Shown: piece after piece, positions 49,184 through 59,319 of the stretch | How the letters are laid out: every line of letters begins with the position of its first letter | How positions within the stretch are numbered: position 1 is the stretch's first letter | From: Nostoc sp. | Lineage (GTDB): Bacteria > Cyanobacteriota > Cyanobacteriia > Cyanobacteriales > Nostocaceae | DNA length: 64,000 nt | Assembly: GCA_036918135.1 (NCBI GenBank) | Contig: JBALDB010000054.1 | Coordinates: 64,001-128,000, forward strand | Direction: 5' to 3' | Notes under the pieces: model-generated | Database searches by the model: none | Told to the model about the DNA's origin: nothing | The model's input: only the letters and a program-made list of their open reading frames with translations | Position numbers and translations under genes: made by a program

Positions 49184-49987
49184 TCAGAAAAACAAGACTT
49201 GTAGCGCACCTTCTAAATTAAGCTGTAACTGGGAGTGAGCATTGCCGCTATTGATGGCAATTTCTACCCAGCCGTGACTGCCAACTAAAGCGATCGCTTC
49301 TCCCAGTTTGACATTACTATAAGTTTCACACCCTGGTATACTCAATCCAGCAGCTTGCACGCACCAGGTTTTACCTTCAACGTAACTTCTAGGAATGTTG
49401 CTGACTAAGTTGCCAAAGCGATCGATATATTGAATGCAACCCAATACACCAGTTGTTGTCTGCTTGCATTCTTCAATATCCAGCTTGACTAAACTGGCTT
49501 TGTCGATTTCTTGTCCTAGTTGTTTGAGGGGGACACCACTGGCAAGATTAGCTCCCACTGGTGCAAAAATATCCCTACCGTGAAAAGTCTTGCTTGGTTG
49601 AGCAGTTCTCCAATAATTAAGATTTGTGAGTTCCACAGCTCTAATCGCCGGACTTTGACTTAATACTCCGCTGAAAATGCCATTATCTGGCCCCACAAGA
49701 AACCCTTGAGCAAATTCTACTGCGATCGCTCGTCGTCTGCTGCCCACACCTGGATCTACCACCGCTACATGCACCGTCCCAACTGGGAAATAGGGGTAAG
49801 CATTCATCAGCGAAAACCTAGCTGCGGCTATGTCTTGCGGCGGAATTTGGTGCGTTAAATCTACCACCGTGATTTGAGAGTTAATTTGGGCTATGACTCC
49901 TTTCATCACGCCTACATAGACATCGCGATCGCCAAAATCGCTCAGCAAAGTCACCACTGGTTGTTGACCGATCCAGTCTTTAGACAT
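49184..49987 (-). CDS. SAM hydroxide adenosyltransferase (chlorinase/fluorinase family, DUF62)
   Basis: LSDFG, VVDPGVG, GPDNG, TFHGRDIFAP and IDRFGN motifs. Confidence 0.9.
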   Translation of the reverse strand: MSKDWIGQQPVVTLLSDFGDRDVYVGVMKGVIAQINSQITVVDLTHQIPPQDIAAARFSLMNAYPYFPVGTVHVAVVDPGVGSRRRAIAVEFAQGFLVGPDNGIFSGVLSQSPAIRAVELTNLNYWRTAQPSKTFHGRDIFAPVGANLASGVPLKQLGQEIDKASLVKLDIEECKQTTTGVLGCIQYIDRFGNLVSNIPRSYVEGKTWCVQAAGLSIPGCETYSNVKLGEAIALVGSHGWVEIAINSGNAHSQLQLNLEGALQVLFF

Positions 49988-50021
49988 AATTTTACTAAAA
50001 ATATAATAAAATAAAAATTTC

Positions 50022-50037
50022 TGTAGCAACAGCTACA
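50022..50037. promoter_or_regulatory. NtcA box upstream of pirA
   Basis: TGTAGCAACAGCTACA is a perfect GTA-N8-TAC. It lies 11 nt before a TG-extended -10-like TATGTT (50048-50053), a repressor-type position. Confidence 0.75.
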
Positions 50038-50096
50038 AAAAATGTGTTATGTTAAGAATACAAGATATAAATTCAAAAACTAAAGAGGTAATTCCT

Positions 50097-50249
50097 ATGA
50101 ATCAAGGTAGACTACAGGCTGCTAGAAAAGCACGAGAAGCTCACAGAGAGAATATTCAAAAAAGCCTAGAGCATCGCTTGCAAGTAGCCAGAGTCAAAGG
50201 TGACGAACAGCTGATTCGTCAACTAGAAGCTGAGATGAAGTATTACTAG
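50097..50249 (+). CDS. pirA: PII-interacting regulator of arginine synthesis PirA
   Basis: 50-aa protein with AHRENIQKSLEHRLQVARVKGDEQLIRQLEAE, a GAGG RBS and an upstream NtcA box. Confidence 0.85.
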   Translation: MNQGRLQAARKAREAHRENIQKSLEHRLQVARVKGDEQLIRQLEAEMKYY

Positions 50250-50286
50250 CTAAATCAAGTTTTCACTGTTCATAGTTTTGTTGTGT

Positions 50287-50310
50287 AACCCCGCTACGGC
50301 GGGTTTTTTT
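50287..50310 (+). terminator. Intrinsic terminator of pirA
   Basis: CCCGC-TACG-GCGGG stem-loop followed by T7. Confidence 0.8.
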
Positions 50311-50397
50311 GTCTTCAGGGGGTATTCTAAGTAATAGTACCAATCTTTATCGCAAATTAATCGACTGTAAGGGTGTACACTTGTACCCCAGATTTCT

Positions 50398-50982
50398 CTA
50401 CCAAACTTTACTCATATTTAAAATAAAACCAGGCAATATGGGATTGCCACTAACAGTCGCAGGATTATCCAAACATTCCTCTGATAATCCAGGACGATAA
50501 ATATAGACTTGACGCGGTTTACGGTCAATCAACCAGCCTAACTGTATTCCTGGCTCATTCATATATTCCTCCATTTTTTCTTTCAAAGTTTGGAGGTTGT
50601 CGCTGGGAGATTTGAGTTCGACTACAAAATCTGGACAAATAGGAGCAAATTTTTCTTGTTGTTTTGCAGACAGAGAATTCCACCGTTCTAGTTTAATCCA
50701 GGAAGCATCTGGAGAGCGTTCTGCACCTGTTGATAATTTAAATCCGGTACTAGAGCTAAAAGTTATACCTGTACCATTTTGTTCTGACCACACCCATAGC
50801 TGTCCTGAGATATTAACTTCTCGATTTCCTGTCTCTGAACCAGTAGGAGGCATAATTACCAATTCTCCAAATTTATTGCGCTCAATGCGTAAATCACGAT
50901 TCACTTGACAGAACTCAAAAAATTGTTCGTCTGTCATTTGCATTGATGACGGAATTTGCAAAACTAAAGGGGATGAAAACAT
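50398..50982 (-). CDS. Uma2 family endonuclease-like protein
   Basis: MPPTG..TG, RSPDASW, CPDFVVELKS and LGWLID motifs. Confidence 0.9.
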   Translation of the reverse strand: MFSSPLVLQIPSSMQMTDEQFFEFCQVNRDLRIERNKFGELVIMPPTGSETGNREVNISGQLWVWSEQNGTGITFSSSTGFKLSTGAERSPDASWIKLERWNSLSAKQQEKFAPICPDFVVELKSPSDNLQTLKEKMEEYMNEPGIQLGWLIDRKPRQVYIYRPGLSEECLDNPATVSGNPILPGFILNMSKVW

Positions 50983-51099
50983 GGAAATTTCCTCCAGGTT
51001 CGGACGCTTAGCCCAGTGACTTTATTTTTACGCAAAGAAACAAAGACGCCAAGATATAACTTTGCGCCTTTGCTTTTTTATCCGAAATCATTTTTAGAT

Positions 51100-51738
51100 T
51101 TACTTGTTCGGCTGAGGAGTTAACCGCAGATAGGGTTTGACTTCCTCGTAACCTTTGGGGAATTTCTCTTTGAGGACTTCTGGATCTTTGAGTGAGGGGA
51201 CAATTACAACATCCTCTCCATCTTTCCAGTCAGCTGGTGTCGCCACGCTGTAGTTATCAGTCAATTGCAGAGAATCAATCACCCGCAAAAGTTCGTCAAA
51301 GTTGCGTCCCGTGCTGGGGGGGTAGGTGAAAGTGAGACGGAGTTTTTTGTTGGGGTCAATTACGAAAACCGATCGCACTGTCACAGCTGCGTTGGCGTTG
51401 GGATGGATCATATCATAAAGGTCAGAAACCTTGCGGTCTTGATCTGCCAAAATTGGGTAATTAAGAGTGGTGCTTTGAGTTTCTTCAATATCTCCCACCC
51501 AACCATTGTGTGATTCAACATTATCAACGCTAAGTGCGATCGCTTTAACATTGCGCTTGTCAAATTCTGGTTTGAGCTTGGCAACTGTGCCGAGTTCTGT
51601 TGTACAAACAGGTGTAAAATCAGCAGGATGAGAGAACAGCACAACCCAGCTGTCACCTGCCCATTCGTAAAAATCGATGTCGCCGTCTGTTGAGGCTTGC
51701 TTAAAGTTGGGTACTGTATCACCTAAACGGAGAGCCAT
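51100..51738 (-). CDS. 1-Cys peroxiredoxin (Prx6)
   Basis: FSHPADFTPVCTTELG, GRNFDE and TPADW motifs. ATG at 51738. Confidence 0.95.
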   Translation of the reverse strand: MALRLGDTVPNFKQASTDGDIDFYEWAGDSWVVLFSHPADFTPVCTTELGTVAKLKPEFDKRNVKAIALSVDNVESHNGWVGDIEETQSTTLNYPILADQDRKVSDLYDMIHPNANAAVTVRSVFVIDPNKKLRLTFTYPPSTGRNFDELLRVIDSLQLTDNYSVATPADWKDGEDVVIVPSLKDPEVLKEKFPKGYEEVKPYLRLTPQPNK

Positions 51739-51926
51739 GTAAAATTCCCTGTAGTTAGAAAAGCATAAGTGTTCTACTTTGCCATCATGACACAAAACCC
51801 CTATTCCCCAATCGGGCTTTAGCGGTTTGAAACAAAATTTTAGGTTGTCAGCACTCCCGCATCAGGTACGAGGAGAAGGTCAAGATTAGTAAAAGAAATT
51901 AGGAATTAGCAATTGGGGATTGGAAT

Positions 51927-52050
51927 TACAGCAGTTTGCAATTAAGTGAGATACAAAAGCAAGGACTCAAAAATTAAATTGTTCTTCTGCCTCCTGCCTC
52001 CTGCCTCAAAACCAGTGACTTTGTACTTCATCCAAACGAAAACTACTGTA
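51927..52050. mobile_element. TACAGCAG-family MITE
   Basis: Termini are TACAGCAGTTT / AAACTACTGTA. Inverted homologue of 22609-22743. Confidence 0.7.
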
Positions 52051-52127
52051 AGTATTAGCTATTAGGTATTGGTAAGAATTCTCTCCCCAATCCCCATCCC
52101 CCACTCCTCACTCCCTAGCCCCTTTTA

Positions 52128-52844
52128 GTGACGATGATAGTAATACTTTTGCTTGTTGGTGTTATTCTCAGCACAACTGCGAGTTTTGTTTTTGGAATTC
52201 CGTGGTTGATGCCGATTTTCGGTGCTGCTATACCCTATCCTATTTTCTTTTTAGAAGTGCGTCGTCAACAATATAGAAGTGCTTTTTGGTGGATGCTACT
52301 TTGGGGAGTGTTACAGAGTACTGCTGTAATTGTAGCAACGGCGATCGCCCCCCAAAAAGCAGCAAAAGTCATCCTCCGTGGACAGTCATACACTATAGAA
52401 ATGTTGCATTGGATTCGCACGGGAGAAGGTACAGAAGGTTCGCTAAGTTTATTTTTACCAGATCATTTATTGCAGTACGGAATTTTTTGTATCCTCTGCG
52501 TCGTTACCTTAAGTAGCGTGGCATCGATCTTTGGTACTTGGATGCTAAATTATATGAATTTTTATGTTGCACAATTGGTAAAACTGAGTGCTAAACCTTG
52601 GCTAGCAGCTATTTTAGGGTGGTATCCTTGGTCAATTCTGCGGATAATTGGGTTTATTGCAACGGGAGTGGCTTTAGCTGCATTAGGATTAAATCTATTA
52701 ACTCGCATCAGAGGCGAAGTTCCTAAATCCGCATTTCCTAAATTTTATATGTTAATTGGGATTGGTTTTGTGATTGCGGATATTGTTGTGAAAGCAGTTC
52801 TAGCGCCTATTTGGCAAAAAATGCTGTTGTCTGCGTTGGGTTAA
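52128..52844 (+). CDS. Hypothetical integral membrane protein
   Basis: 238-aa ORF with multiple hydrophobic segments. Its end overlaps the hpsP stop region. Confidence 0.75.
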   Translation: MTMIVILLLVGVILSTTASFVFGIPWLMPIFGAAIPYPIFFLEVRRQQYRSAFWWMLLWGVLQSTAVIVATAIAPQKAAKVILRGQSYTIEMLHWIRTGEGTEGSLSLFLPDHLLQYGIFCILCVVTLSSVASIFGTWMLNYMNFYVAQLVKLSAKPWLAAILGWYPWSILRIIGFIATGVALAALGLNLLTRIRGEVPKSAFPKFYMLIGIGFVIADIVVKAVLAPIWQKMLLSALG

Positions 52845-54040
52845 ATTAATTGGTTTGCCAGAATTTCCTGGTAGGCTTGGATTGTTTGCTTGGCGATCGC
52901 ATCCCAGCTAAAATTTACATAAGCATATTTATGAGCGTTTAATCCTCGTCGTTGGCGTTCTGCGGGATTTTCCAAAGCTGCTTGTAGTAATTCTACCAGT
53001 GCTTCAACTTCTGTTGTACCCACCCAACCCGACTCACTATCACGTATTTGTTGACAAATATGCACTTGGTCGGAAATGACTACGGGTATTCCTGCTACCA
53101 TCGCTTCAGCTACAGCAATGCCAAAATTTTCATAGTAGGAAGGTAAGACAAATAAATCAGCAGCTTGTAGTAAACTAGCTTTTAATTCACCAGTCACAAA
53201 GCCAGTTATTGTAGTGTGCGATCGTAGTGGTGAATTTTGAATTTGGGATATTATCTTTTGCTCGTAATCTGGATCTTGAGGATTTGTCCCAGCTAAAACA
53301 AAATGAAACTGATAACCAACCGTTAACAATTTTTCTAGCGCCGGAATCAACAAATTTAATCCCTTTTTTGGGTCAATTCGTGACATAAATAGCACTAACG
53401 GTATATTAGCAGAAATATTGAATTGCTGACGCACAATATTCTCTCCCTGTTCCTCTCTTCCTCTGTTTTCTTTCACACCCAAAGGAATTACCAAATCTGG
53501 CGTCGAAACTCCAAATCTTTCTGATATTTTAGCTTCTTGATCGCTAGTAAAATGAATCGCTGCCGCACCAGCTAAATTTTGACGTTCGATAATTGCCACA
53601 TAAAGCTGTTTTAATTGCTTTTTTTTGCGTAAATCAGCCGGATCGAGAGTACCCAAGGGACGCAAAATATAAGGTAATTTTTGCTGGCGACAGACAATAG
53701 CCGCAGCGCTACTTATGGGTGAGAATAAAGCATGAATATGTGCTACGTCAAACTCGCAAGCATGACGTTTTAGCCATTTTACTAAATCTAGAGAAAATTT
53801 GTAACGACGAAATGGGGCACAACGAAAGTAAACTATTTCATAACCATCTTGTTTGATTGGGCGATTTAAAGGAACATCTAAGGGAATTTGACCACTATCA
53901 CCATTACTATTAGTTGTAAGAATTGTAACTTCCACTCCCTCTTTTCCCAAAGCTGGAGCTAATCCTAATACCATTTGACTAGGGCCTCCGTAAATCAGAG
54001 AAATTGAGGGGACAATTTGTAATATTTTCATCTTTTTCAT
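52841..54040 (-). CDS. hpsP: GT4 glycosyltransferase, hormogonium polysaccharide HpsP
   Basis: YGGPSQMV and ENFGIAVAEAM motifs. Last gene of the hpsL-P-like cluster. Confidence 0.8.
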   Translation of the reverse strand: MKKMKILQIVPSISLIYGGPSQMVLGLAPALGKEGVEVTILTTNSNGDSGQIPLDVPLNRPIKQDGYEIVYFRCAPFRRYKFSLDLVKWLKRHACEFDVAHIHALFSPISSAAAIVCRQQKLPYILRPLGTLDPADLRKKKQLKQLYVAIIERQNLAGAAAIHFTSDQEAKISERFGVSTPDLVIPLGVKENRGREEQGENIVRQQFNISANIPLVLFMSRIDPKKGLNLLIPALEKLLTVGYQFHFVLAGTNPQDPDYEQKIISQIQNSPLRSHTTITGFVTGELKASLLQAADLFVLPSYYENFGIAVAEAMVAGIPVVISDQVHICQQIRDSESGWVGTTEVEALVELLQAALENPAERQRRGLNAHKYAYVNFSWDAIAKQTIQAYQEILANQLI

Positions 54041-54047
54041 TTATCAT

Positions 54048-54092
54048 CTGTCATTTGTCTTTTGTCATTTGTTATTCACTAATGACCAATGA
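54048..54092. repeat. STRR heptamer repeats (TGTCATT/AATGAC type)
   Basis: Similar tracts occur at about 55274-55300 and 56345-56374, between the hps genes. Confidence 0.7.
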
Positions 54093-55268
54093 CTAATGAC
54101 TATTGACTAACTCTTGATAAAAGTCCAATTGCTGCTTAGCTAAAGCTTTATTCGTGTATTGAATCATTGCTTTGTGATAACCCATTTCACCAAGAGTGTG
54201 AGCAAAATCCGGTTTTTCCATTAATTGAAGCAAGCAATTAGCAAGTGCTTGGCTATCACCTTCAGGAAAAATTAAACCAGCGTCACCAATTACATAGGGA
54301 ATTTCACCAGAATCAGAACCAATCACAGGCACTTGACAAGCCATTGCCTCAATTAGCACATGACCAAATTGTTCTTTCCAACCAACAGATGTTAAGGTTT
54401 TAAATTTGTAAGTTGTTTCTGAAGGTAGTACCAAAGTACTCATTAAATTGATATAGTTCGTCACCCGATCATGGGAGACGCTTTCTACCAAAATTAACCG
54501 TTCTTTAATATTATTTTCTGTTGCTATTTTGATTAGTTCTCCTTGTAATTCTCCTCGCCCCAACAAAAGTAATTTCCAGGGTTGATTTGTTAAACTTACT
54601 AAAGCTTTTAAAAGCGTTAATAAACCCTTTTCTGGAACAAAACGCCCAACAAAACCCACTACAAATTCTTCTTTTTTAATGCCTAAACTAGCTGCTAATT
54701 CTGGTTGTACTTTGGGAGTAAATAAACGTTCATCTATGCCCAATTGCGGCATAACTTTGATTGCTCCTTGATATCCCCGTTGTCGTAAAACTTCTGCTCC
54801 ATCTTGATTGCCAGAAATAATCCCGTGGCTATGGTTGAGGTTATATTTTTCTAATAAAGCAACTGGTAATTTTAACTCATAGGGTAAATTCCACCAGGTA
54901 AAAAACATATTTTTGGCCTTGAGTCCTAAAAGTTTATTCAAAGCAATCATTTGAGTGTAAGCCAATCCTCTAGACCCTTGTTCTACCTGGATGATTTGGG
55001 GGCGAAATTGTTTTAATAAAGATATTAAATCAGTACCAAAGGTCAGGAGTCCCTGATGATTTTGACTGAAGTTAGAAACAGGAACTATTTTAAATGAGCC
55101 TTCATCACGGTATTCAGTTTCAATGATTTTGTTTTGCACACCACCAGGATTCCAGCGCTTTGGAACTACAACTGTTACTTCAATGTCAGGTTCTAGTTGA
55201 GATAAAGCGCGTAATTTTTCACAGTTGAGGTCTACAATATAAGTGTGACTAGCAACTAAAATTTTCAT
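54093..55268 (-). CDS. hpsO: GT4 glycosyltransferase HpsO
   Basis: MKILVASHTY and WKEQFGHVLIEAM motifs, plus cluster position. Confidence 0.82.
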   Translation of the reverse strand: MKILVASHTYIVDLNCEKLRALSQLEPDIEVTVVVPKRWNPGGVQNKIIETEYRDEGSFKIVPVSNFSQNHQGLLTFGTDLISLLKQFRPQIIQVEQGSRGLAYTQMIALNKLLGLKAKNMFFTWWNLPYELKLPVALLEKYNLNHSHGIISGNQDGAEVLRQRGYQGAIKVMPQLGIDERLFTPKVQPELAASLGIKKEEFVVGFVGRFVPEKGLLTLLKALVSLTNQPWKLLLLGRGELQGELIKIATENNIKERLILVESVSHDRVTNYINLMSTLVLPSETTYKFKTLTSVGWKEQFGHVLIEAMACQVPVIGSDSGEIPYVIGDAGLIFPEGDSQALANCLLQLMEKPDFAHTLGEMGYHKAMIQYTNKALAKQQLDFYQELVNSH

Positions 55269-55332
55269 TATTATTTGTTATTTGTCATTGGTCATTAGTT
55301 ATTTTTACCCTCATCTGTCTAATGCTCAATGC

Positions 55333-56313
55333 TTATACTTTTTGATCCAAACGAGTGTAAATTTGACCATCATTCCATATTGATTGGATGACAGTACCCA
55401 AGGCTTTGAAAAAGCCCAAAGTGTAAAAAATACCGCGACTGATAATTTTGATTGGGGAACCGCTTTTATGGCAAGGTGGGCGTCCCAAGACGTGACAATC
55501 AAATAAACGGGCGTATAGGCGTAAAGCTTGAGTAACAGTGAGGTTTTTTAGCCCCAGTAAGAAATGGTTGTGGTAAAAGGTGAGTTGATATTTGAGCGAT
55601 CGCATACTAATATCATGACAACCACCCGTCTCTTCGCCTAAATGCACTAAATGAGCTTCTGGGTCGTACCAAATCTTATATCCCGTTTCTCGCACCCGCA
55701 AACAAAAATCTGATTCTTCGCGCACAGCACTACCGCGAAACCTCTCATCAAAACTCAGTCCATGCTTGGTAAAAATTTCGCGGCGAAAAGACATATTACA
55801 ACCCCTTGCTGTTAGTACTTGCTGGGGTTTGATCGTATGTACTAAATCAATATGATACCAAGCAATTCCTGGATCCATAGCTTCGGGAGGCAAATATTCA
55901 ATCTCTAAATCTCCTCCAGAATCACCCAATTTCATTCTGTCAAATACCCGTCCAGCAACAGCCCCCACCTCTTGATTTTGCAAATAATTTTTTACATGGG
56001 CTGTTAACAATCCAGGTGTTAGCTGAACATCATCATCAATAAATAATATTATTTCACCAGATGACCGCCGTACAGCATAATTCCGCGCCCCTGGCAAACT
56101 CGCCCAATCTAACTGCAACCATTTAATTTTACCTGCCGTCGCCATTTCTTCTAGGTAGGCTTGAATTTCTAGTTGGTGTTTTGCAGTTTGATCTACTACT
56201 AAAACTTCAAAATTTGGATAGTCCTGTTTGAGGACATCTACAATGCTATCCCGTAGCGGTTCCTCCCGACCGTATGTCGGGATAACTACGGTAATTAAAG
56301 GCCAATTATTCAT
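55333..56313 (-). CDS. hpsN: GT2 glycosyltransferase HpsN
   Basis: VIPTYGR, FIDDD, GCNMSF and REESD motifs, plus cluster position. Confidence 0.82.
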   Translation of the reverse strand: MNNWPLITVVIPTYGREEPLRDSIVDVLKQDYPNFEVLVVDQTAKHQLEIQAYLEEMATAGKIKWLQLDWASLPGARNYAVRRSSGEIILFIDDDVQLTPGLLTAHVKNYLQNQEVGAVAGRVFDRMKLGDSGGDLEIEYLPPEAMDPGIAWYHIDLVHTIKPQQVLTARGCNMSFRREIFTKHGLSFDERFRGSAVREESDFCLRVRETGYKIWYDPEAHLVHLGEETGGCHDISMRSLKYQLTFYHNHFLLGLKNLTVTQALRLYARLFDCHVLGRPPCHKSGSPIKIISRGIFYTLGFFKALGTVIQSIWNDGQIYTRLDQKV

Positions 56314-56409
56314 AATTTTTATTAAGTAATTTTACTATTTTAATAGTCATTTGTCATTGGTCATTAGTCATTAGTTTTTTTGCGTTCCTGCGTCTACCCA
56401 TCTCCCCAG

Positions 56410-57573
56410 CTATTTTATACCTGCCGTTGCTCCTGCATATAAATTATCAAATAACTCATTTTGCTTTTGGGAATTATGCACAATTTGCGCTTGAGCTAAT
56501 GCTCCGGCACTTAAAAATTCATAATGTTCTTGTTTATCACTTCTCTCAAGAAATTGCATGATTTGTTGTAATGCTTGCTCTGCCAAATAGTCGTAGGTGC
56601 TATTGACAATTTCCCAATATTCATCGGTTTTGGTTTTTTCTCCGTGCAGCCAATTAGCCCAGTGCCTAATGTCGTTAATTGGTAATTCTAAAATATAGCC
56701 ATTTTCGTTATGACGAATGAATTCTGGTAAGGCACATACATTTGTTGTAATTGCTGGAGTGGCAACGGAAAAACCTTCGATGATACTATAGCCATAAGTA
56801 TCATGTAATGTAGGCATTAATTGAAAATGACTCTCGGATAGTAACTCAATAACTTTCTCATTAGGAAGATTTTTATGGAAGACAACGTTATTTAAATTGA
56901 GTAGTTTTAAATCTGCTAGATATTTACTGCGATCGGGGAAATCAGTCGGGACTCCTGAACCATGTCCTAGTTCTGAAACGATATGTATAGTGATAGGTAA
57001 AGCTAATTTTTCAGCTTTTTTCGCTAGTCTTAAAGCAACAATTCCACCTTTGCGGGCAACGTGGTTTCCAATAAATATAAGCTGGAGATTTTGGTCTTCC
57101 TGATAAAGTTTTGATTGGTTAGTCCTGACTGGAAAGTTTGGATGAATCACATCCACTTTCTGATTTACCTTTTCTTCTATATTCCAACCTTGTATTCGCT
57201 TAGTTAATCTCAACTTAGCATAATCAGAAATAGCGATAATTTTTTGACAATTTTCTTGTGCTAAGCGATTATTTAATAATTCATAAATTGCTGCTTCACC
57301 TTGATTTTTTGGATTTCTATATAAAACACGATGATCCTCAAAGGTAAGAAACCAAGGTTTATTTGTATAAAGAATTCTGTTGAAAGAATGAATAGCTTGA
57401 TATCTTCCCCATAAAGGTTGCCAGGGAATAAAGCTAGCTAAAGGATACCAAATTTTTTCTATGGGATATCTGCCCGCAGGAAAAGGCTTAGGACGAATGA
57501 GTGTGTGGCGAGAATTACGAGGTAGGTTAGGAATGCTGAGGTGTTTTTGACCTCCTATAATAACTTTTACCAT
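56410..57573 (-). CDS. hpsM: GT4 glycosyltransferase (HpsM position)
   Basis: RKGG and DTYGYSIIEG motifs, located between hpsL and hpsN. The symbol rests on synteny only. Confidence 0.65.
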   Translation of the reverse strand: MVKVIIGGQKHLSIPNLPRNSRHTLIRPKPFPAGRYPIEKIWYPLASFIPWQPLWGRYQAIHSFNRILYTNKPWFLTFEDHRVLYRNPKNQGEAAIYELLNNRLAQENCQKIIAISDYAKLRLTKRIQGWNIEEKVNQKVDVIHPNFPVRTNQSKLYQEDQNLQLIFIGNHVARKGGIVALRLAKKAEKLALPITIHIVSELGHGSGVPTDFPDRSKYLADLKLLNLNNVVFHKNLPNEKVIELLSESHFQLMPTLHDTYGYSIIEGFSVATPAITTNVCALPEFIRHNENGYILELPINDIRHWANWLHGEKTKTDEYWEIVNSTYDYLAEQALQQIMQFLERSDKQEHYEFLSAGALAQAQIVHNSQKQNELFDNLYAGATAGIK

Positions 57574-57584
57574 TTTGATTGCAT

Positions 57585-59240
57585 TTAAATTGTTTTTAGA
57601 CGTTTTCTCTTGTTTTTTTGCTTCGGGTCGGCATCTTCTCGATCTTGTTTTTCTAATTCTGGCAATTTAAAAAGAACTCCTGCAAAAAACCAATAATAGA
57701 CAGCAACCGGATCGACATCCAAAGGATAGTAGTAAGTGTTATAGCTAATAAACAATATAAACACCCATAAAGCTGCTGCGTAACTGCGGAAATTACGGTT
57801 TTTTATCGAGCGATAGGTTTTAAAGGCAATAATTGTTAAACTACTGACTAAACCCAAAAACGCTAGTACTCCAACAATTCCAATTTCATAAAGTACCTTG
57901 GGGTAATAAGTTTCTACCAATTTAGTTGAACCCATTGAACGAGCAGAGTTAGTTGCTCGACCTAAACCACTACCTAAAGGGCCGTCTACGTTTTTCCAGT
58001 TTTCTTCAAATTGCTGGACGATAAAATCTTGAGGTGGTGAAGCCTCCCAACGACTAGTGAAACTGTCGGTTCTCTCTTGGACAAGAGCAGGGTTAGTCAC
58101 CATCGCTATTCCTAAAATCAAAGCCAGTCCTACTCCTATGGGGATAAATCGTTTCAGGTTGCCAATTTGACCAGTGAGCAATAGTAAAATGCCAAAGCAG
58201 GTTGGGACTAGAGCTAAAGCAATTCTCTGTCCGGAGATAACAGCATTAATAAATACTGAACCTAAAGCACCTAAACTGATTAACCGCCACATTATAGAAG
58301 GATCGGTGAAGCCGGTAGCAAAGGTAAAAAAGGTGCTAGAAATTAAGAACCATGCCCACTGCCAAGGGGCTACAAATGTTCCTGGTAAGCGAATAACTCC
58401 TTCTTCAGGACTATATAAGAGCGCTCCACCAAAATAACACCGGGCTTCTAATGATGTGACAAATAGGGCATTTCCTTCAAGACCTCTCGTGCCTTGACAT
58501 ATACCAGTTAGTAATAACAGGTATTGAATTAATCCCAGCACGCAGCAAATCAATATCAGGGCAATTTGGAGGCGCGATAGAAATAGAAAATCACGCTTAT
58601 CACGTATTAAATAGTAAGCACAAGCAATTAAGGGGACATAACCTAAAAGTACTTTTAGTCCCAGAATTCCCATACCCAAGGGTATTTCTTTTGGTGCCTG
58701 TTCTAATAATCCGACACTAGGTGGATTAAACTGCTGTCCACCATTGACAAACAACAGCGTTAATAAACAACAACCCAAAACAATATAAAGTGGAATTTTA
58801 ATGCCTGGGGGAATAATTATTGGTAGTCCTTGTTTACGGCAAGTTTGCCAAAGTCCAATGAGTGCTGGAATGTAAAAAGCATCTTTAGCTAATTGGAGTA
58901 TGGGACTATTGCCCAAGTAGTAAGTGATAGTACCGCCAGCAGGTACGTAAATGATGAACGCATATAAGGCTTGGCGGGGATATTTGTAGGAAAGTGACAT
59001 AACAATTATCCCCAAAACACCAGGGACTGCTGCTTTAATTCCAGCTACGAAAAAAAGTACAATGCCTAAGAAGACACCGCCAAAGGTGGCGGTGGTGAGT
59101 AAACTTGTGAGTTCTTTACGCGCTTGGGCTGCTTTGCGCTTTTGGGCTAACTGTTCTTTGAGGCTGAGGGTAGGAGTTTCCTTTTTAGCCTGCTTTTTCG
59201 ATTTTTTAGATGGTCGGGATTTTGACTTGATTTTCGGCAT
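57585..59240 (-). CDS. hpsL: Hormogonium polysaccharide membrane protein HpsL (O-antigen ligase/polymerase-like)
   Basis: Lys-rich N-terminus, many TM helices, and IRLPGTF..PWQW and GSGLGRATN motifs. Confidence 0.8.
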   Translation of the reverse strand: MPKIKSKSRPSKKSKKQAKKETPTLSLKEQLAQKRKAAQARKELTSLLTTATFGGVFLGIVLFFVAGIKAAVPGVLGIIVMSLSYKYPRQALYAFIIYVPAGGTITYYLGNSPILQLAKDAFYIPALIGLWQTCRKQGLPIIIPPGIKIPLYIVLGCCLLTLLFVNGGQQFNPPSVGLLEQAPKEIPLGMGILGLKVLLGYVPLIACAYYLIRDKRDFLFLSRLQIALILICCVLGLIQYLLLLTGICQGTRGLEGNALFVTSLEARCYFGGALLYSPEEGVIRLPGTFVAPWQWAWFLISSTFFTFATGFTDPSIMWRLISLGALGSVFINAVISGQRIALALVPTCFGILLLLTGQIGNLKRFIPIGVGLALILGIAMVTNPALVQERTDSFTSRWEASPPQDFIVQQFEENWKNVDGPLGSGLGRATNSARSMGSTKLVETYYPKVLYEIGIVGVLAFLGLVSSLTIIAFKTYRSIKNRNFRSYAAALWVFILFISYNTYYYPLDVDPVAVYYWFFAGVLFKLPELEKQDREDADPKQKNKRKRLKTI

Positions 59241-59319
59241 AGTAATGCTGTAGCCTATCAGCCTCAAAGAATCTACACATCGAACTTGGGGTTTTTTAAA
59301 AGCTGAGATATTAGCGAAC

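Noticed and set aside
49184..49987. True fluorinase/chlorinase
   Set aside because: The motifs fit the widespread DUF62 SAM hydrolase, and there is no halometabolite cluster context.
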